DNA of 64,000 nucleotides from Cytophagales bacterium. Lineage in GTDB: Bacteria > Bacteroidota > Bacteroidia > Cytophagales > JAHDFW01. The stretch lies in the NCBI GenBank assembly GCA_020627945.1, contig JAHDFW010000001.1:5603-69602 (forward strand). Reading direction: 5' to 3'. The notes beneath the pieces were generated by a model. It searched no databases. It was not told the origin of the DNA and saw nothing but the letters and a program-made list of their open reading frames with translations. Position 1 is the stretch's first letter, and the number at the start of each line of letters is the position of its first letter. The position numbers and the translations under genes were made by a program. Shown here piece by piece: positions 52,652 to 62,299 of the stretch.

Positions 52652-53785
52652 TTACATTCCAAGAGCGAGCTGAAAGCTCAATACATTGTCTGCAGGATTA
52701 GTTCCTTTGCTGTTTACAATCTCATAACCAACTTTAAACGACATTGTGTTAGAGAAGTTATAGTTTGCACCAATGTAAATTCTAGCTCGGTCATCATCAA
52801 GGTTTCCAGAATCAAGATTGATAAAATCATAACGTAAAACTGGCTCAATACGATCAGTTACTAGGTAAGAAAACAAAATTGTAGCTCCATTTCTGTTAAT
52901 AGTAGTATCTCCAGCTTGCATATTAGCCATGTTGTACTCTCCCCAGATACTCATACGCTCTGTATTATATACTGCGTCAAATGCACCAATGAACAGATTT
53001 TGTTGTCCGTCTGCAGTGTACTTTCCATTATAAACACCAGCTCCAAACTCTAATCCTGAAATAGCGGCACCAAGACGTCCACCAACGGCTTTATCTCTAG
53101 CGTTTTTATCTTGCATATTCCCTCTCAATCCACGAATTCCAGAACCTTCATTTCCTTCCAGTCCGTTTACAACAAATGCAGAATAGAACACATCTAGTTC
53201 TTCACTTGCCGCAACTTTACCACGAGCCTGAATACCTACTTCACCCCATGCTGAAGGAGTAATCTCACGGTTAATATAAGGTCTTGAAATTGCCTTGTTA
53301 ATATATTCAGGATACAAGTACTCGTTAAACGTATTAATTGGTGTTAAGAATTTACCAGTACGGATTACAAATGCGTCATTAAACTTGTAATCAAGCTGTG
53401 CATAACGTGCGTCAATATCTTTTCCACCATGCTCATATTCCAACTGAATTTCAGCTACAACATTGCTTCCGATGTTTGAACCTAAAAGAACGTTGTAATA
53501 GTGATTATCGAAAGAACTAGGCTTACCATCTTTCTGATAGTGAAAAAATTCGTTGGTTGTATATCCGTGAATTACACTCTCAGATTGGTTCTCACTCAAA
53601 CGATATCCAAATCCACCTACATCTCCTCTTCCTACGCTTTTAAGATCCAACATGGATTCTAGGTCCATTTGCAACAAATCTTTAAGCTCATTCTCATCTT
53701 GTGCTTGAGCAGACACACAAAACGCTGCTGGAATTAGCGCAGTAATAAGCGCTCGTTTCCCTAAATTGTATAAGTTACGTTTCAT
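52652..53785 (-). CDS. Putative outer-membrane beta-barrel porin
   Basis: It has a signal peptide (ALIPAAFCVSAQAQ). Alternating amphipathic strands with Gly/Tyr/Asn-rich turns run throughout. The family was not resolved by eye. Confidence 0.6.
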   Translation of the reverse strand: MKRNLYNLGKRALITALIPAAFCVSAQAQDENELKDLLQMDLESMLDLKSVGRGDVGGFGYRLSENQSESVIHGYTTNEFFHYQKDGKPSSFDNHYYNVLLGSNIGSNVVAEIQLEYEHGGKDIDARYAQLDYKFNDAFVIRTGKFLTPINTFNEYLYPEYINKAISRPYINREITPSAWGEVGIQARGKVAASEELDVFYSAFVVNGLEGNEGSGIRGLRGNMQDKNARDKAVGGRLGAAISGLEFGAGVYNGKYTADGQQNLFIGAFDAVYNTERMSIWGEYNMANMQAGDTTINRNGATILFSYLVTDRIEPVLRYDFINLDSGNLDDDRARIYIGANYNFSNTMSFKVGYEIVNSKGTNPADNVLSFQLALGM

Positions 53786-53868
53786 AATTATTTATGGTTG
53801 TTTATATTTTATTACATGTTCGTATGAGATTGACTCTCGCCAATCTTCCAAATCCTATTTGAACGATT

Positions 53869-55743
53869 CTATTCCGTCCTAAAGAAGTCTACTGCTTTTT
53901 TGAGTTGGTCCACCTGACCATTTAAATCCTCTGCAAAATGTTCGATTTTACCTGATAGTGAGGCATTTTGTTGTACCACCTTGTTCAACTCCTGAATGGA
54001 ACCATTAATTTGGTTTGCTCCATTTTGTTGTTCTCCACTAGAAATAGCAATATCATTAACAAGTGAAGCTGTTTTAACTATTTCGGGAACAATTTCTGAA
54101 AGAAGTCGTTCTGATTTCTGCGCTAATTGTAAACTTCCTGCAGAAGCTTCATCAATTGCTGTAGCAGCCTCTCGGCTCCGTTCAGAGAGTCTACGAATTT
54201 CTGCTGCAACAACCGCAAACCCTTTTCCATGTTCCCCTGCACGTGCTGCCTCAACAGCAGCGTTTAATGCCAATAAATTTGTCTGACGTGCAATGTCTCC
54301 AATGATCGAAATCTTTTCTGTAATAGTGCGTATTGAATCTAATGAATTAGAAACGAACTCGCTATTTTCACTAAGTGTATTAGATGCAGTTTTTGCTATT
54401 TTTCCTGTTTCAATAGCGTTTTGTGCATTTTGGTCAATATTAGCCATCATCTCTTCCATCGAAGCAGATAATTGCTCGGCCGAACTAGCTTGAGATGTAG
54501 CTCCCGTAGCTACTAGATTAGACGAGCTCTTAAGTTCATTACTTGAATTCCAAACGCCATTAGAGGCCTGCTGGACACTTACAATGGTGTTTTTAAGTTT
54601 GGCAGACATTTGATTCATAGCACCTAGCACTGAATCTTCTTCTGCCTTTGCATTCATATTGAAGGTAAGGTTACCTTGTGAAATTTCCCTTGCCATAGTC
54701 AACACTTCTATCGGCTCTCCCCCCATTTGACGTAATATTCTACGTGCAATCCAAATACCTAAAAATAACGAAATTACAAAAGTAACCAAGGTAATAATTG
54801 TACTCCATATGAACGAATAAAGAGCTTCGCTCATTAGGTTAGATGCTTTATCTTGAATAGCCTCCAAAATAGATTCATCAACTTCCTTCAACTGCTCAAT
54901 TTTATTATTCATTATTTCATTAGCCGTTGCAGCCGAAATTCCATAACCACCAACAAGTGCCGTATCCAACAATTTTGTCCTCATATCTACCACTTGCGCC
55001 TCATAATCAGAATTCAGTATTTCATCGAGCATTGCAGCATGTGCATCGTCACTATATTCTCTAAAAATCTTTTGATATATTGCCTGTTCGCTAATTCTAA
55101 AAAGATAATCATCGTAAGCTGCTCCAGTAAGGTTATTAGAAATACAGCCACTCAGCATTCCATACTGTTCCAAACTAACAGCTTCTTTACTTCGTAAGAA
55201 ATTAACATAGGAAATCACTAGAGCCGTTACTTCAGCATCGGTACTAAGTTTTGACGAATAACCGATTAGATCTAGCATCTCCAATTGCAAATCAGAATAA
55301 AATGCCACTGCTTGCTCTTTAGAATAAGCAAACCCTTGAATTTGCTCACGAGTCTCTTTCAAAAAGCTTTGATCTGATCTAAATTTCGTAAGAAGTTGAT
55401 TGAATTCATCACCATAAACCTCATGGTCAATGGAGTTAATATATTGAATAGCTAAACTGTCTAAAGAATCTACTTGAATCTGTTGTGAAGCAAGTTGGTC
55501 TCCAAATAACATCCCACCCGAAGAAATAAATAGGTTGGTGGTAGCCCTTTCCTGTTGTAAACTGTGCGATATCGCACTTACTTTACTTGAAATATTCATC
55601 AAATCATCCAATTTTGTCATCGAACGATACTTCTGAACGTTATCAGTAATGTTTAAAATAGAATACACCAATGTACACAACATCGGCAGCAAAAGTATCA
55701 GCAATAACTGCTGATTTAACTTAAGTTTATCAAGTATATTCAT
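53869..55743 (-). CDS. Methyl-accepting chemotaxis-type receptor with periplasmic NIT (nitrate/nitrite-sensing-type) domain and HAMP
   Basis: The order is TM1, then a NIT-like segment ([23 protein letters not shown]), then TM2 ([22 protein letters not shown]), then HAMP. The MCP hairpin tip is [43 protein letters not shown]. Confidence 0.88.
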   Translation of the reverse strand: MNILDKLKLNQQLLLILLLPMLCTLVYSILNITDNVQKYRSMTKLDDLMNISSKVSAISHSLQQERATTNLFISSGGMLFGDQLASQQIQVDSLDSLAIQYINSIDHEVYGDEFNQLLTKFRSDQSFLKETREQIQGFAYSKEQAVAFYSDLQLEMLDLIGYSSKLSTDAEVTALVISYVNFLRSKEAVSLEQYGMLSGCISNNLTGAAYDDYLFRISEQAIYQKIFREYSDDAHAAMLDEILNSDYEAQVVDMRTKLLDTALVGGYGISAATANEIMNNKIEQLKEVDESILEAIQDKASNLMSEALYSFIWSTIITLVTFVISLFLGIWIARRILRQMGGEPIEVLTMAREISQGNLTFNMNAKAEEDSVLGAMNQMSAKLKNTIVSVQQASNGVWNSSNELKSSSNLVATGATSQASSAEQLSASMEEMMANIDQNAQNAIETGKIAKTASNTLSENSEFVSNSLDSIRTITEKISIIGDIARQTNLLALNAAVEAARAGEHGKGFAVVAAEIRRLSERSREAATAIDEASAGSLQLAQKSERLLSEIVPEIVKTASLVNDIAISSGEQQNGANQINGSIQELNKVVQQNASLSGKIEHFAEDLNGQVDQLKKAVDFFRTE

Positions 55744-55944
55744 AGCTGTTCTCTACGTACAAATACAACCGCTTCTCACACTGTTGTATCAAGCACCAAA
55801 CTAAACTTAGAGAAAATAACTGTAGAATCTAATGAAGCAAACTTATATTTCGATGAAATTTAAACTTTAATCGTTTAAACAAATTATTACAATAGTAATC
55901 TACATTAGGTATACTAACGTTTACAAATTGTATAACATCAAAGG

Positions 55945-56493
55945 CTAGTACCTAAGTCCAGCAAATTTCTTTATTTCGGCGAAATCTAAATGATCATCAA
56001 GATGCTTACCATAATGAGCTTTCTCCACGTTAAAATCTTCGTCTATTAGAAAGTCTGCAGCGATGGTATATTTGGAGGCATCGTTATCTTCTGGGAGATT
56101 TAATTCTGCAGTTTCTTTCCTAACCTTACTAAAACTTGAATACAATATAGTACTAGCTACTTTCAGAAAAGATGATTCTACACCGTATTGTGTGTACACC
56201 TTCTTTTCAGGGTCTCCAATCAATGGCCATGGACTTATTCCTTGATGAAACGCACTTTTTGCTAGTTTATCGGAAGAACTTTCAAACATAAAAACAATTT
56301 GTAACCCTGATTTCTTAAGCCTGAGGTTGTTCGCCATAAGTTTATGGACTCTCCTATTACAAAACGGACAATTTACATTTCTATAAAAACTAAGTAAAAT
56401 CTTACTTCCCTTGATATCCGAAAGCTTAAAATCATTACCATAAATATCCTTCATGGTAAAATCTATTGCAGATTGTCCTTTTGTTAATTTCAT
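55945..56493 (-). CDS. Redoxin / AhpC-TSA-like thioredoxin-fold protein
   Basis: The sequence ILLSFYRNVNCPFCNRRVHKL has a CxxC motif in a peroxiredoxin-like context. Confidence 0.75.
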   Translation of the reverse strand: MKLTKGQSAIDFTMKDIYGNDFKLSDIKGSKILLSFYRNVNCPFCNRRVHKLMANNLRLKKSGLQIVFMFESSSDKLAKSAFHQGISPWPLIGDPEKKVYTQYGVESSFLKVASTILYSSFSKVRKETAELNLPEDNDASKYTIAADFLIDEDFNVEKAHYGKHLDDHLDFAEIKKFAGLRY

Positions 56494-56599
56494 AATGACT
56501 TGAAGTTTAGTTAATAAAAACTAGCAGGACTTAAACAGTAGCTTACTACCTACAAGTTCAATTAAAATGAAATAACATCACAAAACAGCTTTTTAACTT

Positions 56600-57505
56600 C
56601 TAGTTTAACCCCATTTTAGAGCTAAAAAACCTCTTGATTACTGGATATAACAAGACTGTAACTAATATAATTGCACCTCCAATATAGAATTGAGTGCTCA
56701 TTGTTTCATCTTCAGGAAAAAATAGGAACGCCAATAAAATTCCATATACGGGTTCCAAATTGATCGTTAGATTTACGGTAAAGGCCGAAATTCTCTTCAT
56801 AATCTCCACTGAAGCTGAATAAGCATAAACCGTACATACTAGAGCAAGGATAAGCAACCAAAGCCAATCATAACCTTGCAACGTGAAATTCACAGCTTCC
56901 TCGGGAAATGCCCAAAATTTAAATACTGGCAATACCAGAAAGGTACCTATAAATGCACCAATCATTTCAAACAAAGTAATGGTGTTTTCATGTACCTTAT
57001 TATGGTTTACTAGGTTATAATTAAGAACGGAAAAAAGTGCTGAAAAAAATGCAGATGCTATTGCCATAAACAAACCAAGTGCAACATTAAAATCAGACGA
57101 AAAGATAACATACAATCCGCCTATAACCGCTAATCCAAAAAATACATCCACGAAACTAAACTTCTTCTCCGTTAGAATAGGCTCTAAAAAGGAAGTCCAT
57201 AATGTAGTTGTTGACATGCCGACCAAACAAATGGATACATTTGACACCTTGGCTGCTCCAAAAAACAAAATCCAGTGTACCGCAACAATAATCCCGATTC
57301 CAATCAATTTGATCAGGGTGGAACGAGATGCTATGATAGACTGCTTATTACTAATAAACATCACACCTCCTAAAACTATAGCAGTAATAGCGGTACGATA
57401 AGTTACTGTCTCTACAGCAGGGATACTAATTAACTTCCCAAGAATAGCTGTAAAGCCAAATATTAATACGAGAAAGTGAAGTTTAAGAAGATCTTTAATT
57501 TGCAT
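56600..57505 (-). CDS. EamA/DMT-family transporter
   Basis: It has about ten TM helices arranged as two EamA-like halves. It is 301 aa. Confidence 0.85.
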   Translation of the reverse strand: MQIKDLLKLHFLVLIFGFTAILGKLISIPAVETVTYRTAITAIVLGGVMFISNKQSIIASRSTLIKLIGIGIIVAVHWILFFGAAKVSNVSICLVGMSTTTLWTSFLEPILTEKKFSFVDVFFGLAVIGGLYVIFSSDFNVALGLFMAIASAFFSALFSVLNYNLVNHNKVHENTITLFEMIGAFIGTFLVLPVFKFWAFPEEAVNFTLQGYDWLWLLILALVCTVYAYSASVEIMKRISAFTVNLTINLEPVYGILLAFLFFPEDETMSTQFYIGGAIILVTVLLYPVIKRFFSSKMGLN

Positions 57506-58584
57506 CAGCGCGGAACATATTTATAAAGGAAGATTCCTATGAAAACATAGACAATGGTTGGAAATGCTGCAGCCAGAGCAGGATGCATATCTCCTACTTG
57601 AGCCAAATTCCGACTCATTATCACAAATATTATGTACAAAAAAGCGAGTAAAAATCCCATCACAATTTGAAAGCCTACTCCTTGCCTTGCTTTACGTGCG
57701 GACATTATAGCTCCTATCAGCGACAATACTATAATCGCAAATGGATACATAAGTCGCTCATATTTTTCAATTTGATATGTTTCCACATCATCTGCTCCCC
57801 GATCAATTCTTTCGTTTATATAATCCTCTAATTCGGGCAATGTCAGTGTCTCTGCTAAACGATAGGTACTCTCAAAATCCTTGGGGAATAGATTTAAAAT
57901 AGTATCTAACCCACGACGTTTGTCATACGTTTCTTCATCTCCATCAAAAGTTCTTACATGGTATCGATCGATAACCCACTTAGAGCTATCCTCATTCCAC
58001 TTAATTTTGTTAGCGTTTAACTTCCACACCAATTCATTTTCTTCGAAATGCTCGAGAGAGAATTTATATCCAGTTCGAATATCATTATTGTAGCTCTCCA
58101 TATAAATATAATCTCCAGGACCTATTTTCATATGAAAGTCTCGATCTCTAAACCTAAATGGGTTCTTCAAATACTGAATTTCGAATGCTACTCTAGTTTT
58201 ATTAGCCTTTGGAACAATGTATGCAATTAATAGTAAAGTAATGGACGACAGCAGAATCGCTCCTATTAAATAGGGTACTAGAAGTCGTTTAAAACTAATC
58301 CCGCCCGCCAACATGGCAATAATCTCGGTATGAGAAGCTAGTCTGGATGTTACAAAGACCACTGCAATAAACACAGTAATTGGACTCAATAAATTGGCAT
58401 AATAGGGTATCAAATTGAGATAATAGTCAAATAAAATCTCGGACATCGAAACATTATTCTTGATTAAATCTTCACTATTCTCAGTAAAATCGACCACACA
58501 AATGATAGCCATCAGGATTATTACAACAAAGAAATAAGTCTTGAGGAACTTTTTAATAATATACCAATCCAGAATCTTTAGCAC
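57505..58584 (-). CDS. LptF/LptG-family (YjgP/YjgQ) permease
   Basis: The N-terminus MLKILDWYIIKKFLKTYFFVVI is typical of this family. It has six TM helices with a central periplasmic beta-jellyroll region. Confidence 0.85.
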   Translation of the reverse strand: MLKILDWYIIKKFLKTYFFVVIILMAIICVVDFTENSEDLIKNNVSMSEILFDYYLNLIPYYANLLSPITVFIAVVFVTSRLASHTEIIAMLAGGISFKRLLVPYLIGAILLSSITLLLIAYIVPKANKTRVAFEIQYLKNPFRFRDRDFHMKIGPGDYIYMESYNNDIRTGYKFSLEHFEENELVWKLNANKIKWNEDSSKWVIDRYHVRTFDGDEETYDKRRGLDTILNLFPKDFESTYRLAETLTLPELEDYINERIDRGADDVETYQIEKYERLMYPFAIIVLSLIGAIMSARKARQGVGFQIVMGFLLAFLYIIFVIMSRNLAQVGDMHPALAAAFPTIVYVFIGIFLYKYVPR

Positions 58585-58604
58585 TGCTTTCTAAATTAAT
58601 TTAA

Positions 58605-59735
58605 CTAAAGTCTCGTTTTTACTTTTTGCACCATTTTAGTTTTCCACTCAGCAAAATCACCCTCAAGGATATGTTTTCTAGCTTCACCTACTAACCAAAG
58701 ATAAAAACTTAAGTTATGAATACTTGCTATTTGTGAAGCTAACCTCTCCTTACTAACCATAAGGTGCCTTAAATAAGCTTTGGAGTAGAAACCACTAATC
58801 TCCGAGTTTATTGTAGAATCTATTGGGGAAAAATCTTTCTTCCACTTTTCATTTTTAATATTCAGGATTCCCTCGGCTGTAAAAAGCATCCCATTTCTAG
58901 CATTACGGGTAGGCATTACACAATCAAACATATCAACGCCAAGAGCAATGCATTCCAAAATGTTTTCTGGAGTACCAACACCCATAAGGTATCTTGGTTT
59001 ATCTTTTGGAAGGATATTGCAAACCAAATCGGTCATCTCATACATATCCTCATGTGGTTCACCTACCGATAAACCTCCAATTGCGTTTCCTTCGCGCTCA
59101 AATGAGGCAATAGTTTCAGCAGATTGGACTCTTAAATCTTTATAAACACTTCCTTGAACAATAGGAAATAAGGTTTGAGCATACCCATAATGTGGATCAG
59201 TCGTATCAAATCGATCGCAGCATCTTTTTAACCATCTATGAGTCATTTCCATGGACCTTTTTGCATAATCATAATCGCATGGATAAGGGGTACATTCATC
59301 AAAAGCCATGATAATATCAGCTCCTATCTTACGCTGAATATCCATCACCCCTTCTGGAGTAAAGTAATGTTTCGAACCATCGATATGAGATTTGAACGTT
59401 ACTCCTTCTTCCTTTATTTTTCTGGTTCCAGAAAGAGAGTACACTTGATAACCCCCACTATCAGTTAGGATTGGTTTATCCCATCCATTGAATTTATGCA
59501 GACCACCTGCTTGTTCCAAAATTTCTAACCCTGGACGCAAATACAAGTGATACGTATTACCCAATATTATCTGCGCTTTTATATCGTTGGTAAGCTCTCT
59601 TTGATGCACAGCTTTAACCGTACCGGCCGTACCAACGGGCATAAATATTGGCGTTAAAATTTCACCATGATCCGTTGTTACTTTCCCAGCTCTAGCCTTG
59701 CTTTTTGGATCTTCTGTATGCAGCTCAAATTTCAT
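58605..59735 (-). CDS. tgt: tRNA-guanosine(34) transglycosylase
   Basis: It shows the diagnostic Tgt motifs: MKFELHTEDPKSKARAGKVTTDHGEILTPIFMPVGTAGTVK, LGNTYHL, TDSGGYQV, LFPIVQGS, GLSVGEP and MGVGTP, plus the Zn site CVMPTRNARNG. The ATG at 59735 is preferred over the TTG at 59744. Confidence 0.95.
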   Translation of the reverse strand: MKFELHTEDPKSKARAGKVTTDHGEILTPIFMPVGTAGTVKAVHQRELTNDIKAQIILGNTYHLYLRPGLEILEQAGGLHKFNGWDKPILTDSGGYQVYSLSGTRKIKEEGVTFKSHIDGSKHYFTPEGVMDIQRKIGADIIMAFDECTPYPCDYDYAKRSMEMTHRWLKRCCDRFDTTDPHYGYAQTLFPIVQGSVYKDLRVQSAETIASFEREGNAIGGLSVGEPHEDMYEMTDLVCNILPKDKPRYLMGVGTPENILECIALGVDMFDCVMPTRNARNGMLFTAEGILNIKNEKWKKDFSPIDSTINSEISGFYSKAYLRHLMVSKERLASQIASIHNLSFYLWLVGEARKHILEGDFAEWKTKMVQKVKTRL

Positions 59736-59741
59736 AGTGCG

Positions 59742-59749
59742 CAAAAGTA
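59742..59749 (-). promoter_or_regulatory. Candidate -7 promoter box (TACTTTTG on minus strand) almost abutting the tgt start
   Basis: The plus-strand text CAAAAGTA is the reverse complement of TAnnTTTG. It lies only 6 nt upstream of the ATG at 59735. That spacing would imply a leaderless or near-leaderless mRNA, or it could be a chance match. Confidence 0.25.
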
Positions 59750-59854
59750 CGGAATTTTAAGTGAAGTACTTTAATGTTTATGGAGCACAATACGCGGAAG
59801 TAAAATAATTAATGAAGTAACTCGTTAGGTAAGCACTTATTCGAATTGTTGTTT

Positions 59855-60748
59855 ATGAATCGCTCAAAATCATCCTTAATATGCTTCTTATTCTTCGGAA
59901 GTCTTTACTCTTCCTATGGACAATCATCCGAAATCGTTAAATATTGGACTTCTAGCATAGTACAGGAAACCAGCCCGTATCCTACCCTTGATTCAAGACA
60001 AGAATATGAAACAGTATTGCCTGAATACGCGTTTTTGTTCAATCAAAATCCAACTAATCCATTTAGTAATGTACATTACTATCCGACCAATTTCTCTAAT
60101 AGACTCCAAGCCAGAATAAATCTAGGCAGGATTTGGGAAAAACCAGTTGCAACAAAAGTCTTTAAGGCGAAACAAACACAATTTACCGTTGGCGTGGTTG
60201 AAAACCCTAGGTTCGTACATATTTCTTGTAATTCATGTGTGGTTACCTATCCCGAACACAATATGAATATCGATTCCACCAGTCAAGTTTGGCAAACCAT
60301 TTCTGTTAGAAGAAGGGGTATTGCCTTAGGGTTAGACAAAACTTATTCCACTAATAAAAATCGTAGATTTAGTGGTTTTATTGGATTAGGTCTTCACACT
60401 GGCTTTTTCATTAATAATACGGCTAAATATAATCTTACTACTTGGGCAGGAACATCCAACTTCTTTTATGGCAATAACTGGCAACGCTTTCAACGAACCA
60501 CATATGTCGCTAACTCCTATTATGCGCATCTAATGATTCCTATTGGAGTAAATTGGCTGCTCTCCAAAAAGAGTACAAGCTGGTTTAACAGAACCAGCAT
60601 CACTCTTACAAAGCATGGTGGAATTGGATTTGAAAAAATCCCTGGAATTCCTTTAAAAACGTTCACTCAAGACTATTTAAGGTTTCAAATTAACTACAGA
60701 ATAGGCAAATCGAGTGTTAAAGCAGACGCACCCACCTACATCATATAA
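59855..60748 (+). CDS. Hypothetical secreted protein (beta-barrel-like)
   Basis: The ATG at 59855 gives the signal peptide MNRSKSSLICFLFFGSLYSSYGQ. The composition is Gly/aromatic-rich with alternating strands. No family recognised. Confidence 0.5.
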   Translation: MNRSKSSLICFLFFGSLYSSYGQSSEIVKYWTSSIVQETSPYPTLDSRQEYETVLPEYAFLFNQNPTNPFSNVHYYPTNFSNRLQARINLGRIWEKPVATKVFKAKQTQFTVGVVENPRFVHISCNSCVVTYPEHNMNIDSTSQVWQTISVRRRGIALGLDKTYSTNKNRRFSGFIGLGLHTGFFINNTAKYNLTTWAGTSNFFYGNNWQRFQRTTYVANSYYAHLMIPIGVNWLLSKKSTSWFNRTSITLTKHGGIGFEKIPGIPLKTFTQDYLRFQINYRIGKSSVKADAPTYII

Positions 60749-60790
60749 ATAAAAATCATTATTTTTGTCTTATAACGAACGACAACTATA

Positions 60791-61531
60791 ATGAAAAATC
60801 TATTTCAATTCTTGCTTTTTGGTACCTTGATAGGAGCGATGTATTCTTGTCAACAACCACTATATATTCCGAATACGCACAATACTCCTGTGCTAACCAA
60901 ACAGGGCGATCTAGATATCAACTTCACAACTGGAAGCAATGGATGGGATTTACAAGCTGCTGGTGCAGTTACCAATGAGATAGGTGTAATGCTAAACACC
61001 AGTGTTGCTGATCGAACTAATGATAGCTCAAGAAATTACAATAAGCATTCTTTCATAGAATTAGGAGTTGGATACACGGCTTTACTTAATAAAAAAACAT
61101 ACGAGGAAGGGCAAAAACAGTATATTTTCTCAGTGTTTGGAGGAGCTGGATTTGGAAGTGCTTCTGGATTATACGAAATCAATGGAATAACCAACGTCAA
61201 CAATGGAAAGTACTTTAGACCTTTTATTCAACCAGCTGTTGGAATGGCCGGTGATCATTTTGACATGTTCTTTTCAATGAGAGCTTGCAGAGCACAATTC
61301 TCTGAAATCGTAGTTAACGGCTTTCCTGTAGAATTCACGAACTCAAACCGAGACAATAATACATACCTAGAACCTGTCTTAACCATGCGAATGGGTGGAC
61401 CTTTGGTTAAATTCGTTTGGCAAATGGGTGCTTCAGTTGGCCATTATCCTCCTGGAACAGCAGCCTTTAGAAATAGACCCGTAATATTTATTATTGGATT
61501 AAACTTCAATAAAAACTTTGCAGGCCAGTAG
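60791..61531 (+). CDS. Hypothetical lipoprotein / outer-membrane beta-barrel-like protein
   Basis: It has a lipobox (LIGAMYSC). Gly-rich alternating strands are present (FGGAGFGSASGLYE, IIGLNFNKNF). Confidence 0.5.
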   Translation: MKNLFQFLLFGTLIGAMYSCQQPLYIPNTHNTPVLTKQGDLDINFTTGSNGWDLQAAGAVTNEIGVMLNTSVADRTNDSSRNYNKHSFIELGVGYTALLNKKTYEEGQKQYIFSVFGGAGFGSASGLYEINGITNVNNGKYFRPFIQPAVGMAGDHFDMFFSMRACRAQFSEIVVNGFPVEFTNSNRDNNTYLEPVLTMRMGGPLVKFVWQMGASVGHYPPGTAAFRNRPVIFIIGLNFNKNFAGQ

Positions 61532-61534
61532 TGC

Positions 61535-62293
61535 TTAGGGGTTTGTGACTTTGGTAACTACGAACATCCCATTTGCATAATTATTAGCTAGCGAAACCAT
61601 ATAAGGTCCTTCAGTAGCAACGGTTCTTTTTGCCACGATATCGATATCATCTGCGCCCGTAAAAAGTTCGGCAACCTCTCCTTTAATATGAACTGTTGAA
61701 GTTGCTCCTTCGGTAATAATTAATTCTGTATTCGAAATGTCATGTGAAGTAGTCCTGAAGGCTTCATTTCCACCTACATGATAAGAAATGGACATGGTAG
61801 TATCTCCCTGAACCAAAACACCATCAAATCTGTAGAAGATATAATTTCCCCAACCTGCCCAAAAAAGTCCATTATTGGTTGCTAAATCTCCCTTTTGAGC
61901 GCTAGAGTTATTGTCTTCTTGTGGTACTCCTATTGCAAACTCAATTTGGTCATAATCCCCAACTGGAATATCTTCAATCGTGAAATTATGGGTAGAAGCA
62001 TCACTTTGGTCTATCAGATGATAAGAATCCGTTTCGGTAAATACCAATGCTCCGTCTTTATAAAACTTAAAGTTAGATAACATCATCTTCAAACTTCCAA
62101 TCTCAAAAGTATCTCCCAATGCTGTAGTTCCTTGAGTTGCTCCAAGGTCTAACATCTGACCGTTCAGTTGATTTTCAATTTGGAACGTAACTATTCCATT
62201 ATTCGGCTGAGGATCCTTACCACCACAACCAATTATAAAAACACTTATTGCCAGTATTAATAAACCATTAAAAACCTTGCTAAACATATTCAT
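61535..62293 (-). CDS. MbnP-family protein (putative copper-binding periplasmic lipoprotein)
   Basis: It has a lipobox (FIIGCGG). The sequence FEIGSLKMMLSNFKFYKDG...HLIDQS...GLFWAGWGNYIFYRFDG resembles the MbnP family pattern. It sits immediately downstream of a di-haem peroxidase-like gene, as in MbnH-MbnP pairs. Confidence 0.65.
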   Translation of the reverse strand: MNMFSKVFNGLLILAISVFIIGCGGKDPQPNNGIVTFQIENQLNGQMLDLGATQGTTALGDTFEIGSLKMMLSNFKFYKDGALVFTETDSYHLIDQSDASTHNFTIEDIPVGDYDQIEFAIGVPQEDNNSSAQKGDLATNNGLFWAGWGNYIFYRFDGVLVQGDTTMSISYHVGGNEAFRTTSHDISNTELIITEGATSTVHIKGEVAELFTGADDIDIVAKRTVATEGPYMVSLANNYANGMFVVTKVTNP

Positions 62294-62299
62294 AAATTA

